Origin: an uncultured Marinoscillum sp.
Lineage (GTDB): Bacteria > Bacteroidota > Bacteroidia > Cytophagales > Cyclobacteriaceae
Assembly (NCBI GenBank): GCA_964351885.1
Contig: CAYGPP010000001.1
Span: 95,911 to 159,910 of the forward strand
DNA: 64,000 nt
Reading direction: 5' to 3'
Shown piece after piece: positions 58,620-64,000 of this stretch. Under the pieces are notes generated by a model. It searched no databases. It was given only the letters and a program-made list of their open reading frames with translations, and was not told the DNA's origin. Each line of letters begins with the position of its first letter. Position 1 is the first letter of the stretch. The position numbers were made by a program, and so were the translations under genes.

Positions 58620-61600
58620 ATGAAGAATTTTACCCTTAAAAATTTCACAAGACTTACAATCTTATTTGCTTTTCTCTTCACCTCACTCGATCATTTTGGT
58701 CAAAATAGTGCCCTTGATCTTGATGGATCGAATGACAATGTCCAGTTTGGAAATATAGGTTCAATGTCAGCTTTCACTATAGAATCATGGGTTTACTGGC
58801 AAGGAGGGGACGCGAACAATGATCGCCTCCTTGGAGCTGCAAATGGGAATGTTTCATGGGAGATCAATGGTAGCAATGGCGGGATGCATGTTATTTTCAG
58901 TGAATTTCCCTATGGACGCGTGACCGCTGCGACCACAGGAATTTTTGAAACAAATACCTGGGTACATGTGGCCCTCATCTATTCGGGAGGAACAACGATT
59001 GGCATTTATAAGAACGGGTCCTTGATAGAAACACTGACAGGTGTTCCCAATGCCTCGTCAATTTCCAATTATACTACATGGTATTTAGGAGCAGATGGAG
59101 ACGGTACCCCTTCAGAATGTATCAATGCAGTTATCGATGAGTTCAAGATTTGGAACGTGGACCGATCTGGAGTAATAGGTGCTGAATACAACAAAACTGT
59201 TGCGAGCCCTTCAAGTGAATCTAATTTGTTGGTTTATTACAATTTTGATGAGAATACAGGAGTTACTGTAAATGATCTAGCGACAGCTGGCGGTGGCACC
59301 AATGATGGAACGATCAAAGATCTAAATGCTGATCACGGTACTCCACCATGGGTAAGTTCGACTGCTCCTGTTGATTTGAACTTCGCCCTAGATTTTGATG
59401 GTGTGGATGACGATGTAAATGTTGGCGATAACATTGAAGGCTTATCTGCTTTAACTATGGAGGCGTGGGTTTATTACACAGAGACTTCTGCGGTGTATAA
59501 TGAGATTTTTTCAAAAGATGTTGTCAATTCATGGGGCATAGACCCAAGCCATAAAATGTGGTTCCACATAGGAGATGGTAGCTCTTGGACAGGTTCGGGG
59601 GTTGCCTCGATATCTTCCATTCCGCAAAACACTTGGACACATGTAGCTGTCACTTGGGATGGCAGCACTGCCAAAATGTACATTAACGGGAGTTTGGATC
59701 ATACGGTCGCCCATGTAGCAACAATGGGAGTAAATGCATTGGATCGAGCTATAGGGAATTATGGGAGCTCAAATTCCAACCCATTCCAAGGGAGTATTGA
59801 TGAACTGAGGGCATGGGATGTGGTTCGAACAGAATCTCAGATTCAAGCTTTTAAAGATGTAGAGTTGAGTGGAGGAGAACCTAATTTGCTAGCTTATTAC
59901 CCGTTTAGCGAAGGAGCAGGAACAACTACAGACAATGCAGAGGGACTTGCTGGGCTTGACGGCACTTTAGGTGTAAGTATGGATAATTCGGATTGGATTA
60001 CAGCTACACATGGTGTTGCCTTGGCAGGTGTTCTTGACACCACCCCTCCAACTGTTTCGAGCATTACCGGACCTGTTTCTACCACGAGTGATTCTCCTTT
60101 CCAGATTACATTGACCTTTTCAGAAGCGGTAACCAATCTTGACATTTCTGATTTGGCTGTGAGTAACGGAACTCCTTCCAATTTGCTTACTGGCGACAAC
60201 ATTTCATGGACAGCTGACATTACCCCAACAATTGACGGAAGTGTGACTGTCGACTTGGGTATCGGAACTTTTACTGATATAACAGGAAATGCCAACATTA
60301 GTCCAGCATCACAATATGCGGTGACTTATTTAGCTATTGATCCATTCATCACCACATGGGAAACTACCACGGCAAGTGAGTCTGTTACTATTCCAACTTT
60401 TACAGGAGAGACCTATAACTATACGGTGGACTGGGGTGACGGTAATTCCGAAGCAGTAACTACTGATGTATCCCCATCACATGTTTATACTACCGCAGGG
60501 ACATATACGGTCTCTATTACAGGTGACTTCCCAAGAATAAACTTCAATAATTCAGGAGACAAAGACAAAATACAGACCATTGAGCAATGGGGAGATATAG
60601 CATGGACAAGTATGGAAAATGCATTTCGTGGATGTACTAACCTAACCTATAACGCCATTGACGCACCTGACTTATCTAGTTTAACTAGTTTGTATGGTAT
60701 GTTTTATTTGTGTACTAGTTTCAATGGAAACATAAATAATTGGGATGTAAGTAATGTATCCGATATGGATAGGATGTTTATCGGGGCGAGCGCATTTAAT
60801 CAACCATTGAATTCTTGGATAACAAGCAGTTTGCAAGTAACACGTTTTATGTTTAGTGGTGCTTCTGCCTTCAATCAAGACATTAGCAACTTCCAGATGG
60901 GTGGAGTACTATTTGCCAATAGTATGTTTGAAAATGCCACTTCATTTAATCAAGATATAAGTGGGTGGGATGTCTCTAGTATGTCAGCAATGAATATCAT
61001 GTTCAATGGCGCTACCGCTTTTGATCAGAATTTGGGCAATTGGGATATTTCATCTTCAGGAAGCCAAATGTCGCTTAATAACACCGCACTTTCTGTTGCC
61101 AACTATGATGCAACATTGATTGGTTGGGCAGATGACAATGGAGCTACGGAGACCATTCCAACTGGTGTCACATTGGGAGCCACAGGACTTACTTTCTCTT
61201 CTGTAGGACAAGCTGCACGTTCTACCTTGATTAATACTTATGGATGGACTATAAATGGGGATTCCAAATTAGATTATGCCTTAGATTTCAACGGCTCTGG
61301 GCAATATTTATCTACAACTAAGACTACTTTAAACACAGAGTTTACAGCAGAAGCCTGGGTTTACTTGAATACATTAACACCGTCCTCTACAGGCCCGGCC
61401 ACAGTAATCAGTAAATGGGGAGGGACTAATCGTGACTTTGTGCTTTCTTATACAGATAATAGCACTTTTTATGCTCAGGTTTTAAATGATGTTACAGATG
61501 CAAATTTGACTGTTACATCTTCAACAATACCCACCATTAATACATGGTATCACTTGGCCTTTACTTTTGATGGTTCCAACCTGAAGCTTTATGTAAATGG

Positions 61601-64000
61601 TGTAGAAGAGGATACACAATCAGGAACTGATGTTTTTGATGTTACTGCCTCAAGTATACGAGTTGGGAGTACCGAAAACGGTGATTCTGACTGGGCAGGT
61701 CAGCTAGATGAAATTAGAGTTTGGGATGTCGCCAGATCAGCTGCTCAGATTAGTGCTTTTAAAGATGTAGAGTTGAACGGCACAGAGCCGGATCTTTCGC
61801 TTTATTATAATTTCGCTGATGGCTCTGGAGATGATATCATTCCTGACTTGGCGACCAATGATGGCGCTCAGGATGGTGATATGAGCACCATGGACAATGC
61901 TACCGATTATGTGTTAGCAACTCACGGTGTAGGAGCTCCGGGGGTATTGGATGTCACTGATCCAACTGTTACAATCACCAGCACGGAATCCAGCACTACA
62001 ACACTAAGTCCATTCTCAATCACCTTTACATTTGATGAAGAGGTAGTTGGCTGGAAGGTAGAAGACGTAGCGATTATCAACGGGACTTTGACCAACTCCT
62101 TTACCAGTGACAATATTACTTTTACCGCAGATGTCTATCCCACGCTGGATGGAGATGTAAGCATTTTCGTTGAGGTAGGGCATGTTACTGATTTGACAGG
62201 CAATGAAAATGCTGCTTCTAGTCCTTTTGTGATTGACGCTAGTCTCCCTCAAAATGCTTTGGATTTTGACGGGGTGAATGATTATGTAGAGATACCAACA
62301 TTTGAACTGGTTACGGATCAATTCACATTCGAGGCTTGGATCAATACAAACTCTAATTTTACAAGAATTTATTCTCAACAGGAGGTGTCAGCCCTTCCAG
62401 AGTTAGGACTTTGGTTTCAAGGACCAAATTTCTTAGAGTTTGGAACCTCTACTTCAAATGGATATGTATCGGTACAACATGAAATAGATATTACTAATGA
62501 CTTTATTAATCAATGGGTACATGTAGCTGCTGTCTATGACGGGTCAAATATTACATTGTATATCGATGGTCAATTAGCAGCTCAAAATATACAGACGGGT
62601 AATCTTGTTTATGGTAGCACTACCAGTGCGTATTTAGGCGCTAATGCTTTTACCGCTGGAGGAAGCAGCTTTTTTAATGGCAAAATGGATGAAGTCGCGA
62701 TCTGGAATGTTGCCAGAACTCAGACAGAAATCCAATCTGATGCTTACGGTGGGATTTCTTCTGCCGATCCAAACCTGTATCAGTATTTTGGCTTTAACCA
62801 AGGCATTTCAGAAGGCTCGAACGCTTCTATTGATTTACTTATTGACCGAGGTGGAAGTGATCTACACGGTACATTATCTGGTCCATTTAGTCTTACTGGA
62901 AGTAGCTCGAACTGGGTAGCCTCTGGCGCACAAGCCCCAACAGCTTACCAAGCCACTGATGCTTCTATCAATGGCTTCACCGCCAATTGGTCAGCCATAC
63001 CAAATGCACAAACTGTTACTATTGACATTGACGATAATGCAGATTTCTTAAGTCCTTTTGCAACAAACGTTTCCGTATCCAACCCGACAGGCAGTTCATA
63101 CTTCGTAGCGCAAGACCTTTCTTCTTATCCGAATCAAAAATTATATTTTGCGCTTGGTTACGATGGCGGGAATTTTACCCAGGGCGAGTTTATGGTTACA
63201 CCGGGGAATGCACTAGAGTTTAATGGCACGACTGATTATATAGATGTTGGTAACGTAATGAATACCAGCTATACCAAGGAGGTGTGGCTACTCTTACCGG
63301 ATGCCAACGGCCTTGATAACAATATCATATCTGGTGGCTCAACGGGCAACCATGCACTATTCGCCCCGTCAGCGTACAATTATCAATTATCCTCAGGACA
63401 TGGTGGAGGGTTCAACGCTGTGCAGGACCCAGATCCAATGCCTTTTGGCGTTTGGCAACATGTAGCGGTGACTTACGATGCGGTCTCAGATGTAATGACC
63501 CTTTATCGCAACGGTATACAAGTAGATCAAGCAAGTTCTGTTGCTGATTATACAGGGGGCAACTTTGTGTCCATTGGTGCTCATAATAGCATCAGCTGGT
63601 GGGGAGGCCAAATGGATGAGATCAGAGTATGGTCGGATGTTCGTATTCCTTCAGAAATTCAAAGTAATCTTTACAACACACTGACTGGGCAGGAAGAAGA
63701 TTTACTATTCTACTATCGATTTGACGAGACTTCTGGTACCCTCGTTGAAGACTTATCGCCTAACAACAATGATGGCACGACTTCAGGATTCAGCGGAGAT
63801 GAGTGGACGGCATCTGGTGCAATGGCTCCAACAATCTACCAAGCTACTGATGCTTCTATCAATGGCTTCACCGCCAATTGGTCAGCCATACCAAATGCAC
63901 AAACTGTTACTATTGACATTGACGATAATGCAGATTTCTTAAGTCCTTTTGCTACAAACATTTCCGTATCCAACCCTACGGACAGTTCATTCTTCGTGGC
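58620..64000 (+). CDS. giant secreted multi-domain surface protein, 5' partial (LamG x5 or more, Ig-like x2, BspA/DUF285 repeats, Fn3-like units); continues beyond the window
   Basis: ATG 58620 followed by at least 1793 in-frame codons with no stop to the window end. Codon phase was checked at about ten anchor positions, and the track lists no stop-bounded + ORF in this frame. Signal peptide MKNFTLKNFTRLTILFAFLFTSLDHFGQ. LamG hallmarks are LDLDGSNDNV, LDFDGVDDDV, LDFNGSGQYL, LDFDGVNDYV, LEFNGTTDYI, each followed by W[VT]HVA and DE[FLIV].[IAV]W. DUF285-type NxxIxxWDVSxV repeats lie at 60640-61080. Confidence 0.85.
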   Translation, partial: MKNFTLKNFTRLTILFAFLFTSLDHFGQNSALDLDGSNDNVQFGNIGSMSAFTIESWVYWQGGDANNDRLLGAANGNVSWEINGSNGGMHVIFSEFPYGRVTAATTGIFETNTWVHVALIYSGGTTIGIYKNGSLIETLTGVPNASSISNYTTWYLGADGDGTPSECINAVIDEFKIWNVDRSGVIGAEYNKTVASPSSESNLLVYYNFDENTGVTVNDLATAGGGTNDGTIKDLNADHGTPPWVSSTAPVDLNFALDFDGVDDDVNVGDNIEGLSALTMEAWVYYTETSAVYNEIFSKDVVNSWGIDPSHKMWFHIGDGSSWTGSGVASISSIPQNTWTHVAVTWDGSTAKMYINGSLDHTVAHVATMGVNALDRAIGNYGSSNSNPFQGSIDELRAWDVVRTESQIQAFKDVELSGGEPNLLAYYPFSEGAGTTTDNAEGLAGLDGTLGVSMDNSDWITATHGVALAGVLDTTPPTVSSITGPVSTTSDSPFQITLTFSEAVTNLDISDLAVSNGTPSNLLTGDNISWTADITPTIDGSVTVDLGIGTFTDITGNANISPASQYAVTYLAIDPFITTWETTTASESVTIPTFTGETYNYTVDWGDGNSEAVTTDVSPSHVYTTAGTYTVSITGDFPRINFNNSGDKDKIQTIEQWGDIAWTSMENAFRGCTNLTYNAIDAPDLSSLTSLYGMFYLCTSFNGNINNWDVSNVSDMDRMFIGASAFNQPLNSWITSSLQVTRFMFSGASAFNQDISNFQMGGVLFANSMFENATSFNQDISGWDVSSMSAMNIMFNGATAFDQNLGNWDISSSGSQMSLNNTALSVANYDATLIGWADDNGATETIPTGVTLGATGLTFSSVGQAARSTLINTYGWTINGDSKLDYALDFNGSGQYLSTTKTTLNTEFTAEAWVYLNTLTPSSTGPATVISKWGGTNRDFVLSYTDNSTFYAQVLNDVTDANLTVTSSTIPTINTWYHLAFTFDGSNLKLYVNGVEEDTQSGTDVFDVTASSIRVGSTENGDSDWAGQLDEIRVWDVARSAAQISAFKDVELNGTEPDLSLYYNFADGSGDDIIPDLATNDGAQDGDMSTMDNATDYVLATHGVGAPGVLDVTDPTVTITSTESSTTTLSPFSITFTFDEEVVGWKVEDVAIINGTLTNSFTSDNITFTADVYPTLDGDVSIFVEVGHVTDLTGNENAASSPFVIDASLPQNALDFDGVNDYVEIPTFELVTDQFTFEAWINTNSNFTRIYSQQEVSALPELGLWFQGPNFLEFGTSTSNGYVSVQHEIDITNDFINQWVHVAAVYDGSNITLYIDGQLAAQNIQTGNLVYGSTTSAYLGANAFTAGGSSFFNGKMDEVAIWNVARTQTEIQSDAYGGISSADPNLYQYFGFNQGISEGSNASIDLLIDRGGSDLHGTLSGPFSLTGSSSNWVASGAQAPTAYQATDASINGFTANWSAIPNAQTVTIDIDDNADFLSPFATNVSVSNPTGSSYFVAQDLSSYPNQKLYFALGYDGGNFTQGEFMVTPGNALEFNGTTDYIDVGNVMNTSYTKEVWLLLPDANGLDNNIISGGSTGNHALFAPSAYNYQLSSGHGGGFNAVQDPDPMPFGVWQHVAVTYDAVSDVMTLYRNGIQVDQASSVADYTGGNFVSIGAHNSISWWGGQMDEIRVWSDVRIPSEIQSNLYNTLTGQEEDLLFYYRFDETSGTLVEDLSPNNNDGTTSGFSGDEWTASGAMAPTIYQATDASINGFTANWSAIPNAQTVTIDIDDNADFLSPFATNISVSNPTDSSFFV
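62955..63952 (+). repeat. intragenic tandem module duplication (891-bp period) with 107-nt perfect identity
   Basis: 62955-63061 is identical base-for-base to 63846-63952 (ACTGATGCTTCTATCAATGGCTTCACCGCC...AGTCCTTTTGC). Flanking bases are about 80-90% identical. The offset of 891 nt equals 297 codons. Confidence 0.9.

Noticed and set aside
59474-62378. Track ORFs on the - strand (59474-59683, 59529-59714, 59897-60298, 60681-60878, 61922-62113, 62016-62378)
   Set aside because: All lie antisense inside the continuous + strand giant ORF. Their translations are low-complexity shadows (V/S/T/P-rich) with no signal or domain logic.
62644-63942. Track + strand ORFs 62644-62919 and 63721-63942
   Set aside because: Both are in a different phase (start position mod 3 = 1) from the uninterrupted giant ORF (mod 3 = 0). 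They are out-of-frame artefacts.

Overview
The window looks like a chromosomal segment of a Bacteroidota genome (Cytophagia/Flavobacteriia type). The evidence is a GldJ-type gliding lipoprotein, a DUF4175 protein, a GH97 lipoprotein, TAnnTTTG -7 boxes and the absence of Shine-Dalgarno-like spacing. I saw no rRNA, tRNA, CRISPR array, transposase or integrase. About 0-51 kb is densely packed housekeeping and metabolic genes: ybeY, mnmG, a MarR-fadB-fadA operon, gdhA, tag, prfA, lgt and polA, with scattered hypotheticals. Notable points in this part: (1) a 366-bp AT-rich intergenic region (11432-11797) holds five DnaA-box-like 9-mers and is a candidate oriC or DnaA-titration site. (2) A three-gene module (37385-40709) encodes a cNMP-binding histidine kinase, a response-regulator/glutaredoxin-like/thioredoxin-reductase-like fusion that has lost every redox cysteine, and a small UBP-type zinc-finger protein. 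(3) An arylamine N-acetyltransferase homologue has Ser in place of the catalytic Cys. (4) There is a CASTOR/POLLUX-like channel. The last 12 kb looks accessory. It holds two paralogous multi-pass orphan histidine kinases and a signal-peptide-bearing TPR-CHAT (caspase-like) protein. Divergent from that is a giant surface-protein gene (LamG, Ig-like, BspA/DUF285 and Fn3-like modules, at least 1793 codons). This gene starts at 58620 and runs off the window end, so the supplied ORF track omits it. It contains a 107-nt perfect internal repeat with an 891-bp period. All functional calls come from reading motifs in the translations by eye. No database search was run.
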